Below, piece after piece: positions 1-10,331 of a DNA stretch of 64,000 nucleotides. The notes beneath the pieces are model-generated. The model searched no databases. It was not told where the DNA came from and saw only the letters and a program-made list of their open reading frames with translations. Position numbers and translations under genes: made by a program. Within the stretch, counting starts at the first letter, position 1. The number at the start of each line of letters is the position of its first letter. This DNA comes from Candidatus Bathyarchaeia archaeon (lineage in GTDB: Archaea; Thermoproteota; Bathyarchaeia; Bathyarchaeales; Bathycorpusculaceae): the NCBI GenBank assembly GCA_038882955.1, contig JAVZNC010000004.1, positions 64,001-128,000 on the forward strand. The letters run 5' to 3'.

Positions 1-790
1 TCGGGATTAAATCTCCAAGCTTCTCGGCTTTCCTATACTTTTCGTACTCCCTTCTCTGTTTTAGGAATGCTGAATCAGAAAACCACACGTACTTCATTTT
101 GCCAGTCAGCTTGTCCTGCCACTTCGCAATGTAAAGTTTATCCGGCTCCCAAACGATGTCTTTCCAGTTTCCAGGTGGTCTAGGTGCGTCTGGCGAAAGA
201 TTTAGTATAATATCTTTTTGGCTTGGTCCCTCTTTCCATTTGCCTCTTTTTGGGTGATCTCCCCTTCCAACGAATATGCATGATGGTTCGGCTGTCCAGT
301 TTGCTATTTCTATTCGCCGCCCGTTAACGATGGCGTAACCAAACTGTTTCTTTAGCTCCTCTCTTTGAGCTTTTCTTTGTTTTGCAAGCCTCTTCTTCTC
401 ATCCTTCGTCAAATTCTGTTTTTTTAGCTTCTCTTGTTCTAGATATGCAATAATTTCTGAAAAGTCGATTTCGGCTTGAACGGTTATTTGTGGGTCAAAA
501 TCGTTTTCCTCTATGCTCTTCAAATGTTCAGCGAGGAAAGTTTCCAAAAAGTCCAGTTGCGGGTTTTCTTTTTTGAGTTGTTGCAGAAAATCTTGGATGA
601 AGTTCTTGTAGAAAACTTTGTCTGGCGGCGATGCGGACTGCACTTTTTTGATTAGGGCTATTGCCATCTGCTCGGTTTCTGGACCGAGTTTTATGGTTTT
701 TCCTCTTATTTTTATTTGGAATCCTTTGTGTTCGAATTGCGGAACGTAAACGCCATTATGCCATAAGCTTTTTAGTTCGTGTTTAGCCGT
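1..790 (-). CDS. DNA topoisomerase IB (eukaryote-like archaeal Top1B), 5' part; runs off the window start
   Basis: Manual translation gives LWHNGVYVP, EQMAIAL, ANWTAEPSCIFVGRGDHPKRGKWK and AKWQDKLTGKMKYVWFSD, typical of archaeal/eukaryotic Topo IB. Not in the ORF track. The start appears to be ACG at 790. Confidence 0.9.
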
Positions 791-844
791 GGTTCATCCC
801 ATTGGAACTTTTCTTTTTCATTCATTTTGGATGCTTAAAAACCT

Positions 845-1240
845 TCACCACAAATTCTGCTTATTCCTATTTTGTTTCAGCCTCTTGTAAAGTTGCTCCA
901 CCTTTTCGCGGCTGACATAGCCCTTATGCGGTCTAAAACCGCCAGAAAAGCCATGCGGAATATGCAATAACTCATGAATCAACGTTTTCTCTTTCTCCTC
1001 CTCTGACAGCCTATCATAACGTTCAGAAATAACCTCGATTATGTATGTTGGTGGAAGGTTAAGCGTTTCTTGCCAAATCTTGCCCAAACCATGAATTCGC
1101 GCAATTGTGCGCGTTGATTTTGAGCCTTTGCTTCTAACGCAGAACACGAACTGCGGCGTTATGTGAAATAGGTTTAGGATTGAGGCGATTTCTTCAACGC
1201 GCTTTTTCACGTCTGATGCTTCAAAATACTTTATTGGCAT
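845..1240 (-). CDS. Putative metallopeptidase (HEXXH, archaeal conserved family)
   Basis: LIHELLHIP zinc motif; ARIHGL motif. Confidence 0.75.
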   Translation of the reverse strand: MPIKYFEASDVKKRVEEIASILNLFHITPQFVFCVRSKGSKSTRTIARIHGLGKIWQETLNLPPTYIIEVISERYDRLSEEEKEKTLIHELLHIPHGFSGGFRPHKGYVSREKVEQLYKRLKQNRNKQNLW

Positions 1241-1271
1241 AGGCTTCCGCTGTTAAGATTTTACGCGCTTG

Positions 1272-2870
1272 TTAAATTAACTTTTGCCGCCTCAAAATCC
1301 TCTTTTTGGTTAGGAAATACACGATTACAGTGCTTGTCACCAGCGTTGTTATAATTGCGAGCGGCGTTAACTCTGGGATAAGGTTTGGAGATTCTCTGAT
1401 TGTCACTAAAAGAGCCACCTTTATGTGGTCTTCAAGGTCTTTAAGCTCAACCCAGTTTGGCGTAGTTGAATTGTCGTATGCTGTGTGAATCCAGCCAGCC
1501 TCACCCATAGTCCATAAATCGCTGTAGAAAAGCGGATAAGAGCAAAGCATAACACTTGACGGTACTGGCGTGGCATCAGAAATGCCCAAATTAACGCCCC
1601 AATAAGATGAAATGGCATTTTTAATACTGTTTGGTGTTCGGAATGATTCTTGGTCTGAACCGCCAGGTTCTTCTACATTAATACTTATGCCCAAGTCTTG
1701 AGACGCATTGATTATTCTCTGTGCTAAGTCGCTGTAGGGCGTATTCGTGACATATAGGTAGTCGCTTCCGATACAGTCTAGGTTGATTACGGCTGTTATG
1801 TTTGCCATTTCGCTTTTGTGTTGCGCCACGTAGTTTGCTGAGCCGACAAGGTATAATTCTTCTGCCGTGAAGGCTACGAAAAGAAGTGTGCGGTTTGGCT
1901 GGTAAAGACCGCTGTTAATGGCGTCGGTGATTACTTTTGCTATTTCGATTATCCCAGCCGTTCCAGCCCCGTTGTCGCAGAAACCAGCACACATAACAGT
2001 GTCGTAATGACTCGAAATTATCACAATATCTTCTGGATTTGCATATCCGCCTATTTTTCCAACAACATTGTAATGTGTTCCATCGCCTATAACAGCCCTA
2101 ATGGTAACGTTAGCAGAAAGCGCCGCATTGGTTCCTTCTTTCTCTCTGATTAGCAAGCCGTCCCAATAGTTCACAAAGCCGGCTGGAACATGGTAATCCC
2201 AGAAATATGAACCGTAGCTGCTTAACGGACGTCCACCCGCAGAATAATGCAGTGGCGGAGTGAAGTTTTTTCGATCCTCCCACCATGTGAAAACAACGGC
2301 TGCCGGCGTTTGATAACGCACTTTAGCCACCAACTTGTTTTCTTGCACTTCTCTGCCGATTAAAACAATCTTCCCAGTAGTGTCAATCGAGCTCCAGTCA
2401 TCATCCAGTGGCAAAACCACAAGGTCTGTGAAAACCCCGTCATCTGGTGTTGGCCAACTGTAATGTTCGCATTGGAAAGAGTCTATCACAGTCTGATCGC
2501 TGGTTGTACTTTGGTTTCCGTCCTCGTCGATAATTAGAGAAGGTTTTTCGCTTAGTGTCCAATTTTTGAAAGTGAAAGGCTCAAGCCAAGCATCCAAACT
2601 AAAACTCTCAAACTGCGCCTTAATCCAGTTCGCAGCTTCAAGTGCGCCTATAGAACCGGCAGAACGAAAATCTGGATGGGCGAGAGCGATGTTTTCCAAC
2701 TGCAAGTCGTAGCCATAAGCCCTAGTTCCATTAGCAAGCCCAACAATCTGCTCTTCAAGCGAACTCAAACCCGTACTCGTAGAACCATAAACAATGCTCA
2801 TGCGAAATGGAAGCAAAGGCGAAGCCAAAACCGAAAACCCCAACAGCAACACAAAAAATTGTTTCTTCAT
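1272..2870 (-). CDS. Secreted M28 family zinc aminopeptidase with PA-like domain and PEF-CTERM-like anchor
   Basis: Signal peptide; SSHYDT, DNGAG, AEE, NLDCIG, GSDQ and IHT motifs; C-terminal IPEL-TM-KKR. ATG at 2870 follows a GGTGAGG SD. Confidence 0.85.
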   Translation of the reverse strand: MKKQFFVLLLGFSVLASPLLPFRMSIVYGSTSTGLSSLEEQIVGLANGTRAYGYDLQLENIALAHPDFRSAGSIGALEAANWIKAQFESFSLDAWLEPFTFKNWTLSEKPSLIIDEDGNQSTTSDQTVIDSFQCEHYSWPTPDDGVFTDLVVLPLDDDWSSIDTTGKIVLIGREVQENKLVAKVRYQTPAAVVFTWWEDRKNFTPPLHYSAGGRPLSSYGSYFWDYHVPAGFVNYWDGLLIREKEGTNAALSANVTIRAVIGDGTHYNVVGKIGGYANPEDIVIISSHYDTVMCAGFCDNGAGTAGIIEIAKVITDAINSGLYQPNRTLLFVAFTAEELYLVGSANYVAQHKSEMANITAVINLDCIGSDYLYVTNTPYSDLAQRIINASQDLGISINVEEPGGSDQESFRTPNSIKNAISSYWGVNLGISDATPVPSSVMLCSYPLFYSDLWTMGEAGWIHTAYDNSTTPNWVELKDLEDHIKVALLVTIRESPNLIPELTPLAIITTLVTSTVIVYFLTKKRILRRQKLI

Positions 2871-2924
2871 TGAAACTGCCTCACCCAATAATCCACAAAG
2901 TGAACTAATAAGCCTAACGAAAAG

Positions 2925-2999
2925 TGGACCGGGGGGGATTTGAACCCCCGACCTCCTGAGTGCAAGTCAGGCGTTCATACCAAACTGAACTACCGGCCC
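2925..2999 (-). tRNA. tRNA-Ala(TGC)
   Basis: Cloverleaf GGGCCGG...CCGGTCCA with G3:U70; anticodon arm CCTGA-CT-TGC-AC-TCAGG; GTTCAAATC T-loop. Confidence 0.97.
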
Positions 3000-3104
3000 A
3001 GGACCATTCCAATATGAAAGAAAACAAGCCTTATCACATTTAGACGTTTCGGAACTCGATGAAAACTTAAGGATCTTTATGAATGGGGATTGTGGAAAAG
3101 TGTG

Positions 3105-4421
3105 TTATTGAAATGTTTCTCCGTAGTGTGTTGAGAGGATTATGGCGTCGAATATGTCTATTTCGCCTGTATTGTCAAGGTCTGCGTTTGGGTTCCAGTT
3201 TGGATCGCCTTGTTTGGCGCCGAAGGATGTGCTCAACAGTATAGCATCGTAAATATCCACTGTTCCATCACCGTTAACGTCGCCCGGAGCTCCAACATAA
3301 ACCAAGCCATAGTTTAGCGTATTATCTCCAATTTCTGTTTCGCCCGGAACTGGCTGGACGTAAGCCCATATTGTATAGTTGCCCTTGGCAAAGCCGGTTG
3401 TATCCCAGATGAAGGTTAGGGTTGCTGATACATCACTTCCTAATGTAATGGTCTGTGTTCCAATAATTGTTGCATTAGCATAAAGTTCAGCATTAATTGT
3501 TTCAGTGTAGCTACCTTGGTTTATTACTGTCACATTCAGGCTCATGTTAAGACCTTGAGCCAGCGCAGTTTTAGGTAATACTACTTCAACAATGCTTACG
3601 TCATGAGTGGTGGCGAAAGCATAGACATTGTGATTCCTTGAGCCAATGTAGAGAATGCCATCAGCAACGGCGGGAGAAACTGGACCTATTCCTCCGCCAG
3701 TTTTGTAATGCCATATCTGTTGTCCTGTTAGGGCATCCAATGCGTAAATAGTGCCATCCAGCGAGGCAACATACACCACATAATCACCAACAATAGGAGA
3801 GCATTCTACACCTGACTCTACAGAATTGCCGGTTGTAAAACTCCATACAAATTCAAGTGAAGGAGCACGCAATGCGTAAACCTTGCCGTCATCTGAGCCA
3901 AAATAGACCATGCCATAAGCAAAGGCAGGAGAAGAAAGTATCTGAAGACCTGCAGTGTAACCACACATTAATTCACCTGTTGTGGCATTCAGCGCCTCTA
4001 AATTGGCATTATACTCTCCCACATAGACTACACCATCAACAACAGCAGGAGAAGAAAGCACCAAAGAATATGTATTATAATACCATATTAGGTTACCTGT
4101 TGTGGCATTTAACGCGTAAACGGTACCATCTTGAGAACCAATATAAACTACACCATTCGAAACTGCCGGAGAGGAATCTACTGCACCACCAGTTGCGAAG
4201 ACCCATAAAGTATGGTTTGTTCTAGGTGCTGTTGAAGTGAAGTATCCCGTGTGAAATGGATCGTGATGAAACATAGGCCACCAATCAATTTCTCCAACCT
4301 GTACAGATTCACTCTGTTCAGCGGTCTCCATTTTTGCTTGTTGAATCTCAAATGAAAATGTTAACAAGCTTGTTAAAAATAGTGTTAGCATTATCCCAAA
4401 AATTATCCTTTTCACAAACAA
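3105..4421 (-). CDS. Secreted PQQ-like beta-propeller protein with CARDB/Ig domain and C-terminal dockerin-like domain
   Basis: Repeats SSPAV..GVVYIGS.DG.VYALNATTG..W; WPMFHHD; C-terminal GDVNGDGTVDIYDA / ADLDNTGEIDIFDA. Confidence 0.85.
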   Translation of the reverse strand: MFVKRIIFGIMLTLFLTSLLTFSFEIQQAKMETAEQSESVQVGEIDWWPMFHHDPFHTGYFTSTAPRTNHTLWVFATGGAVDSSPAVSNGVVYIGSQDGTVYALNATTGNLIWYYNTYSLVLSSPAVVDGVVYVGEYNANLEALNATTGELMCGYTAGLQILSSPAFAYGMVYFGSDDGKVYALRAPSLEFVWSFTTGNSVESGVECSPIVGDYVVYVASLDGTIYALDALTGQQIWHYKTGGGIGPVSPAVADGILYIGSRNHNVYAFATTHDVSIVEVVLPKTALAQGLNMSLNVTVINQGSYTETINAELYANATIIGTQTITLGSDVSATLTFIWDTTGFAKGNYTIWAYVQPVPGETEIGDNTLNYGLVYVGAPGDVNGDGTVDIYDAILLSTSFGAKQGDPNWNPNADLDNTGEIDIFDAIILSTHYGETFQ

Positions 4422-4553
4422 TGCCTCCCAACGAGTTTCTCACATGGTTTACATTTAAAGTTTTCTGGAAATATGTTCTATTCATACTTACATAATGTAC
4501 ATAACACTTGGTGTAGTATCACAACTTGATAGTTGAGTTTATTTTGAGGTTTT

Positions 4554-5903
4554 ATGTATTACTGTTTTCTCTTGGTTGGTGAACGTTTGAGGGGAAGCGT
4601 TGTGGAAGCATCCACGTCTGCCCGTTTGAGAGGCGTGTTTTTTAATTTGGGGCTTTTTCAGTTTCTAACTTTTGTTAGACGTGGCGTCTTTTACACTTTT
4701 ATGATAAATTACCTTTACATGTTGATGGGAACTGTTACGTCAACAGCGGCTCTTGGGACGCTTAACATGTTTGCTTCTGGTTTGGGGCAGAACTTGTTAT
4801 GGGGAAAGATAAGCGACCGTTATAAATTGAGGGCTAGACTTGTTATTGTCGGCGAAACCATAGCGGCGTTTGCCTACATCGCGGTCTTTCTGGCGCATAA
4901 GTCCTTTATCGACATTGGCGATAGTGTTGCTGCTGGCTTAACAATAATTTTCGGTTTATCCATCCTCGAATTCTTCTGGTCCATGTCCGACGTTGGATGG
5001 GCTGCGCTACTAACAGATGTGACAACGCCTGAAATTCGAGGAAAAGTTGTTGGAGTGTTAAACTTTATAGCTTCTTTGGGTAGGATGTTTGGTATCTTTT
5101 TTGCTGGATACCTATACTTTGAAGGTGAAGGCTTCAGGAACGGAACAATATTCTTCACGGTGACAACGTTGCTATTTGTAGGCGCGATAATAATGGCTTT
5201 GGTTTCAAGGCGAGAAAAGGCGCAAACGGCGACCAGCCCCATTGTCCAAAAGCATGAAAAAATTGAAGACGAGTTTTATGGTGAAAATGAGAGAACTTAC
5301 AAGTGGTTTCTAGCGTCCCTAATAATAATTGTTTTAGGCATGGCGTTGGTAAACCAGATATTCCTCCTTTTCCTAGAGCTTCCAGAAGGTTTAGGCGCAC
5401 AAAGCCAAGAAATGAGCATAATCCTTGCCGCTTGGACTGTTGGCGGGATGATTGCAAGCCTAACCTCTGGAAGCCTAGCAGACAAAGTTGGAAGAGAAAA
5501 AGCAATAGTTTTAGGGCTATTTTTAGCCATTTTAACGCCAATAACATACGGGTTTGCAAGAAGCGTGCCTTTAATGGCTTTTGTTTACGGCTTAAACGGT
5601 GTGGCATTCTGGACTGTTCAAACGGTTGGCTTTGCCCTCGCTGGAGACCTAATTCCAGAACATAGGAGAGGACGCCTGTTTGGGCGTTATAACACGGTTA
5701 TGGCGTTAAGCTGGGGACCAGCCGGACTTTTCGTCGGAGGGCCATTCGCAGATTTTCAAGTTAACGTTCTTGGAACGCCTAAAAACGTGGCTTACATTAA
5801 CGCTTTTTATCTATCTTCAATAATTGTTGCTTTGGGCACCGCGCTTTTTATCGCCAAAATAGTATTTAAATCCAAAACACGAAATATTAACAGCAAAAAC
5901 TAG
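4554..5903 (+). CDS. MFS transporter (true start probably TTG/GTG at ~4587-4602)
   Basis: About 12 hydrophobic segments; GKISDRYK and GSLADKVGRE MFS motifs. Confidence 0.88.
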   Translation: MYYCFLLVGERLRGSVVEASTSARLRGVFFNLGLFQFLTFVRRGVFYTFMINYLYMLMGTVTSTAALGTLNMFASGLGQNLLWGKISDRYKLRARLVIVGETIAAFAYIAVFLAHKSFIDIGDSVAAGLTIIFGLSILEFFWSMSDVGWAALLTDVTTPEIRGKVVGVLNFIASLGRMFGIFFAGYLYFEGEGFRNGTIFFTVTTLLFVGAIIMALVSRREKAQTATSPIVQKHEKIEDEFYGENERTYKWFLASLIIIVLGMALVNQIFLLFLELPEGLGAQSQEMSIILAAWTVGGMIASLTSGSLADKVGREKAIVLGLFLAILTPITYGFARSVPLMAFVYGLNGVAFWTVQTVGFALAGDLIPEHRRGRLFGRYNTVMALSWGPAGLFVGGPFADFQVNVLGTPKNVAYINAFYLSSIIVALGTALFIAKIVFKSKTRNINSKN

Positions 5904-5918
5904 AGGGGGTAGCCAATA

Positions 5919-6407
5919 TTGGAGTTCCGAACAGTCAAAATTGAGGTTCCAGAAGGATGCAATGTCATTTTGGGCATGGCACACTTCATAAAGACCGTTG
6001 AAGACTTGTACGAGGCTATGGTTAACGCTGTTCCAAACGTGAAGTTTGGGATAGGATTTTGCGAAAGCTCTGGTCCATGCCTTGTCCGGCATGAGGGAAA
6101 CGACAAGGAGCTTAGACAATTAGCCGCAAAAGAAGCCTACGAAATTGCTTGTGGACACAGTTTCATAATATTCATGAGAAACGCCTATCCAATAAACGTC
6201 CTAGACAAAATAAAAAAGGTGCCAGAAGTGTGCACAATCTACGCTGCGACGGCAAACCCTTTAGAAGTCATAATAGCGGAAACCGAACAGGGAAGAGGAA
6301 TAATAGGCGTAATAGACGGTTCGAAAAGTAAGGGGATAGAAGGCGAAAGTGACATAAGAGCGCGAAAGGAGTTTCTGCGGAAAATAGGCTACAAGCTTGG
6401 TTCATAA
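5919..6407 (+). CDS. Adenosine-specific kinase family (DUF355) protein
   Basis: [46 protein letters not shown] motifs. Confidence 0.88.
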   Translation: MEFRTVKIEVPEGCNVILGMAHFIKTVEDLYEAMVNAVPNVKFGIGFCESSGPCLVRHEGNDKELRQLAAKEAYEIACGHSFIIFMRNAYPINVLDKIKKVPEVCTIYAATANPLEVIIAETEQGRGIIGVIDGSKSKGIEGESDIRARKEFLRKIGYKLGS

Positions 6408-6489
6408 AAGGCGTTGCAGGGTAAAGCTGCCCTGCGAGGTTTGGCGGTATTACGGTATTACGCGTCTCTATTCCGCTTTGAATTTACGT

Positions 6490-6708
6490 TTATCTACGCA
6501 CTATTAACTCGTGCTGAAACTCTATGGAAGGTTTTTCTCTCATTTTGACGGCTGCGTAGGCGACCAGCTTCTTAAACTGTCTTTCGCTTAGAATATTTCG
6601 TGCACGCGACAAAATTTCTAGGCAAACTTCTTTAAAAACGAGGTCTGCACAGCCCATTTTTGCATCGTCAATAAGTTCTTTGCAAGCTTGAAGGATTTGC
6701 TCGTTCAA
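6490..6708 (-). CDS. Hypothetical protein (~72 aa)
   Basis: ORF with TTG start after a GGGTGA SD; helical composition. Confidence 0.6.
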   Translation of the reverse strand: MNEQILQACKELIDDAKMGCADLVFKEVCLEILSRARNILSERQFKKLVAYAAVKMREKPSIEFQHELIVRR

Positions 6709-6830
6709 GGCAACTTCACCCTGCAGCAAATACCTTAACTTATAAACATTAAAACACTTATGAATTAAAAAACAGAATCGCAAATCAAGATTTCACATCA
6801 AACAAATTCCTTTGTCTATGATTACAAAAG

Positions 6831-6947
6831 TCATTTTGTAAGTTTCATTGGTTTTCCACAACAAACAAGTGTTCCTTTTCCCGCTTCGATGACCTTAACT
6901 TTGTTGCCGCATATTTCACAAAGGTAAATTTCTCCAACTTTAGTCAT
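6831..6947 (-). CDS. Desulforedoxin-like small iron protein (38 aa; missed by ORF track)
   Basis: [38 protein letters not shown]; CxxC...CC motif; GGAGGTGA SD. Confidence 0.92.
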   Translation of the reverse strand: MTKVGEIYLCEICGNKVKVIEAGKGTLVCCGKPMKLTK

Positions 6948-7036
6948 TTTCTCACCTCCATTTTTAATCTGTGGCTGACCTAAAACTATTAGTGTGAGCT
7001 TTCGGCTTATTACTCTGCGCTTGCAATGCTGGTGTT

Positions 7037-7912
7037 TTGATGAGCACGGCGGATGAGACGCGCTTAATTGAAGAGCGTAGAAGGCAGATGATTGAGCAGA
7101 TGGAGAAGCTCAAAAGTAGGATGGAGAAGGTTAAGCATAAAATTGCCGTTATAAGTGGCAAAGGAGGCGTTGGTAAAAGCACGGTTACAGTGAATTTAGC
7201 CGTTGCCTTCGCCGTTCATGGACACGCCAACCGCGTGGGCATATTAGACGCGGACATCCATGGACCGAGCGTGCCAAAAATTCTGGGCTTGGCTGGACAA
7301 AGATTGCAGGCTGGTCCGCCTGGGGTTTTTCCAGTTTTAGGTTCTTTGGGCATAAAGGTTGTTTCTATGGATTTCCTTTTGCCAGACGAGAATGCGCCAG
7401 TAATTTGGCGCGGACCATTGAAAATGACGGCTATACGCCAGTTCTTGTCAGACATCGTGTGGGGAGAACTTGACGTTCTGCTCATTGATTTGCCGCCGGG
7501 CACTGGAGATGAACCCTTAAGCGTTGCACAGTTATTGCCCGAACTGGACGGCGTAATCATCGTTACTATTCCATCTGAAGTTTCGCAGATAGTTGTTAAG
7601 AAGGCTGTCACCTTTGCTAGGCGATTGGGAATGCCAATTATAGGCGTTATCGAAAACATGAGTGGATTTGTTTGTCCAAACTGCGGCGCGAAAGTTGACA
7701 TTTTCCAGTCTGGCGGCGGAATGAAAATAGCTGAAGAGTTGGCTATACCTTTTCTTGGGAGCATACCAATAGACCAGAAAATCAGCGAGGCTTCTGATAG
7801 GGGCACGCCCTTCATAGTTGAGTATGGAGATTCTCCAGCGTCAAAGGCTTTCATGGAAATAGTGAAAAAGGTTGAGGAATTCCTAAAAGGCAGAGAAAAG
7901 GCGCAAGGATAG
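7037..7912 (+). CDS. mrp: Mrp/NBP35 (ApbC) Fe-S cluster carrier ATPase
   Basis: [38 protein letters not shown]. Confidence 0.95.
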   Translation: MMSTADETRLIEERRRQMIEQMEKLKSRMEKVKHKIAVISGKGGVGKSTVTVNLAVAFAVHGHANRVGILDADIHGPSVPKILGLAGQRLQAGPPGVFPVLGSLGIKVVSMDFLLPDENAPVIWRGPLKMTAIRQFLSDIVWGELDVLLIDLPPGTGDEPLSVAQLLPELDGVIIVTIPSEVSQIVVKKAVTFARRLGMPIIGVIENMSGFVCPNCGAKVDIFQSGGGMKIAEELAIPFLGSIPIDQKISEASDRGTPFIVEYGDSPASKAFMEIVKKVEEFLKGREKAQG

Positions 7913-7920
7913 ACGTGTAA

Positions 7921-8352
7921 ATGAGCGGAAAAGGCGAACTGCATTTTATAGGAGTTGTGGAAAAAGCTGGCGAACAAGAAGCCACTATAAACATTTTTCC
8001 AGAGTTCTGCGCGGGATTAAAGGGAATAGAAGAGTTTTCACACATAATTGTTCTGTACTGGGTTCATTTACGCGATAAGGAATGCGAAAGGCGGACATTG
8101 CTTGTTTTTCCGAGAAGACATGCGGTTAACGTTGAAGTTGGTGTTTTCGCGTGCAGAAGTCCTTCACGTCCAAATCCTATAGGCTTGTGTGTTGTTGAAC
8201 TGGTTAGGGTTGAGGGTTGCAGGCTTGTTGTAAGCGGGCTCGATGCTTTTGAGGGCTCACCGATAATCGATATTAAGCCTTACATTCCAAGGGCTGACGC
8301 GGTTCCAAACGCGCGTGTTCCAGAATGGACTTGCCATGGTCCAAAAACGTAA
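7921..8352 (+). CDS. tsaA: tRNA m6t6A37 methyltransferase TsaA/TrmO family
   Basis: GVFACRSPSRPNPIGL, GLDAFEGSPIIDIKPY. Confidence 0.92.
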   Translation: MSGKGELHFIGVVEKAGEQEATINIFPEFCAGLKGIEEFSHIIVLYWVHLRDKECERRTLLVFPRRHAVNVEVGVFACRSPSRPNPIGLCVVELVRVEGCRLVVSGLDAFEGSPIIDIKPYIPRADAVPNARVPEWTCHGPKT

Positions 8353-8359
8353 TGGGCTG

Positions 8360-8710
8360 TTAACGTTTACCTTCACAGTCAAAGCACATGTCAGTCTGCC
8401 TATTCGTCCAGAACGTTTTTCCGCATCTTACACATTTCACTTTATGCAACAATCCTTTCTCTTCAGTTTTCACAAGAGTCCACGTGCCTGCTCTTCTTGG
8501 GAAACTTATGGCTTTATTGTGGCATAGTGGTTCGCATGCAGTACAACCGCTAACGCACTTATGTGGATTTGCAACTATAACTTTCCCATATTGGAAGGCG
8601 AAGACTCCGTGCGGACAGAATTCCACGCATCGTGGCTTCCCGATTTTTCCACATCCATCACACTTTTCCGGAAAAATTGTTGGATACCAAGCGCCACATG
8701 CCTTTGCCAT
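8360..8710 (-). CDS. Ferredoxin-family protein with C-terminal zinc ribbon
   Basis: CDGC..CVEFCP, CVSGCTACEPLC; C-terminal CVRC..CFDC. Confidence 0.8.
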   Translation of the reverse strand: MAKACGAWYPTIFPEKCDGCGKIGKPRCVEFCPHGVFAFQYGKVIVANPHKCVSGCTACEPLCHNKAISFPRRAGTWTLVKTEEKGLLHKVKCVRCGKTFWTNRQTDMCFDCEGKR

Positions 8711-8911
8711 TCATCTTTCGCCTTTAAGGCTTTTTCTGCAGTCAAGGCAATATTCTGTTTCAAAATTTGCCAAAAAAGTTTTGCCGCATCCCTTACACTT
8801 AACCTCTTTAAGCATGGCATCCTTAATGGGCGAAACAGTCTTTAAGATGTCCGCTGCTGCTTGAGAACACGCGCAAGGCGAACTTGTCTTGGCTTTTTTA
8901 TCCTTCGCCAT
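8711..8911 (-). CDS. Small Cys-rich zinc-ribbon protein
   Basis: CAC plus CKGC..CLDC; C-terminus resembles that of the neighbouring ferredoxin. Confidence 0.65.
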   Translation of the reverse strand: MAKDKKAKTSSPCACSQAAADILKTVSPIKDAMLKEVKCKGCGKTFLANFETEYCLDCRKSLKGER

Positions 8912-8913
8912 TT

Positions 8914-9966
8914 TTACAGCGACCCAGACAACATGCCATACAAAAGTCCAAAGATTACGCTGCCCGCCCACGCTATAAACATGTAGGTTAGCACAACTTT
9001 CCATTTGGCTATTCTTGAAACGGCTAAGGCGTTGGCTACGTCATATGGTTGCCCCATAAGCCAACTAAGCAACGCGCCTTTCGACATGCCTAAGTCCCGC
9101 ATTGCCTTGCCCAAGACAACTTCAACAAGCGTTGGCGTGTAGAGGGGCCCGCCAAGCACCGAGGCAATCAATATTCCTGTGACTCCTGTTAGGTAAGTTC
9201 CAACAATGTCTTCTGGTAGGAATGCTTCCACATAGCTTACCGCGATTAAGCCCAGTATGAAGAACGGTAGAATCTGTTTTGCCAAGTATCCTGCAAACTT
9301 TAGTGATGCCCAGAGTCTTTCATCCAATGGAGGTTTGACAATTTCCACCTTGGCTGAAGCAGCGTTGACTATTTGGTGTTCTTTTTCGATGGCTTTACCC
9401 CACGGTGTCTTCGAAATAATTACGCCCGCAGCTAGGGCTACTGTTGCTGATGCTATGATGCGGACTCCTGCGATTTCCCAAGAAATCATTTCGCCAGTAA
9501 GCAGAATTGTTAGAATGTTTGCTGCTGGCGCCATTAGAAGGAAAGTCATTGCCGGACCAATTCCTGCGCCGGCGTATAAGACTCCGCCGAAAAGCGGAAC
9601 CATTGTGCATGAACATACCGTCAGAAACGGCGCCATTGCAAGGGCAAGTCCATATCCTGCAACTTTTCCGCTACTCATGTATTTTGTTATTGCCTCTTTT
9701 GGCACAAACTCGTAAATTAAGCCCGCGGTTGTAAATGCGAATAGGAGGCAGATTGTTCCGTGGCTAAAATAGTCGATTAGGTATACTATTGGGATTTGCC
9801 ATATTGGCAGTCCGCGTAAATCAACTGGTTTCGATTGTGGCGCAAGCGAGTACGCTGTTATACGGCTGTAGATTAAGAGCGCTATGACTATGACTATGAA
9901 AGCCAAGATTATGCTTGTCCTGATTTTCTTGGCTGTGTTCTCGTCCATACGTTTTAGCCTTCTCAC
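8914..9966 (-). CDS. ArsP/DUF318 family permease
   Basis: PFLTVCSCTMVPL, GAGIGPAMTFLLMAPA; multi-TM. Confidence 0.88.
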   Translation of the reverse strand: MRRLKRMDENTAKKIRTSIILAFIVIVIALLIYSRITAYSLAPQSKPVDLRGLPIWQIPIVYLIDYFSHGTICLLFAFTTAGLIYEFVPKEAITKYMSSGKVAGYGLALAMAPFLTVCSCTMVPLFGGVLYAGAGIGPAMTFLLMAPAANILTILLTGEMISWEIAGVRIIASATVALAAGVIISKTPWGKAIEKEHQIVNAASAKVEIVKPPLDERLWASLKFAGYLAKQILPFFILGLIAVSYVEAFLPEDIVGTYLTGVTGILIASVLGGPLYTPTLVEVVLGKAMRDLGMSKGALLSWLMGQPYDVANALAVSRIAKWKVVLTYMFIAWAGSVIFGLLYGMLSGSL

Positions 9967-10235
9967 TTTGCAGCTTCTCTCAAAAGCTTTTCCAGCTCAT
10001 CCACGCTTGGGGCTCTGCCCATAATCTTGACAACGCCGTTGATGGCTATTGCGGGAGAAACCAAAACGCCGTACTTTTGCACCGTTTCCTTCGAGATTAT
10101 GTTTACCTTTTCAACTGTGACTGGTATTCCAGCCGCCTTTAGCTTTTCCGCTGTTTTATCCACAGCCTTCTTTGCAGCTTGGCAACGCATACACGGCGGC
10201 TCAGGACCGATAACTTCGACTTTTACTTCTTTCAT
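9963..10235 (-). CDS. MTH895-like thioredoxin family protein
   Basis: PPCMRC, YGVLVSPAIAING. Confidence 0.88.
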   Translation of the reverse strand: MKEVKVEVIGPEPPCMRCQAAKKAVDKTAEKLKAAGIPVTVEKVNIISKETVQKYGVLVSPAIAINGVVKIMGRAPSVDELEKLLREAAK

Positions 10236-10270
10236 TTCTGATCACCATGTGGACGTGATAAAGTTTATAG

Positions 10271-10286
10271 CAATATTTAAATATTG
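10271..10286. promoter_or_regulatory. Putative ArsR operator, copy 1
   Basis: Perfect palindrome CAATATTTAAATATTG between divergent operons; identical copy at 11039. Confidence 0.8.
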
Positions 10287-10331
10287 TTATGAGCTTTACC
10301 TTGAACAACCATAAAACTGGTTGAGAACGCA

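Noticed and set aside
7216-7977. Long antisense ORFs (e.g. 7216-7977, 29523-30053, 9257-9715, 62920-63402)
   Set aside because: Shadows of well-supported genes on the opposite strand, with no motifs or own promoter signals.
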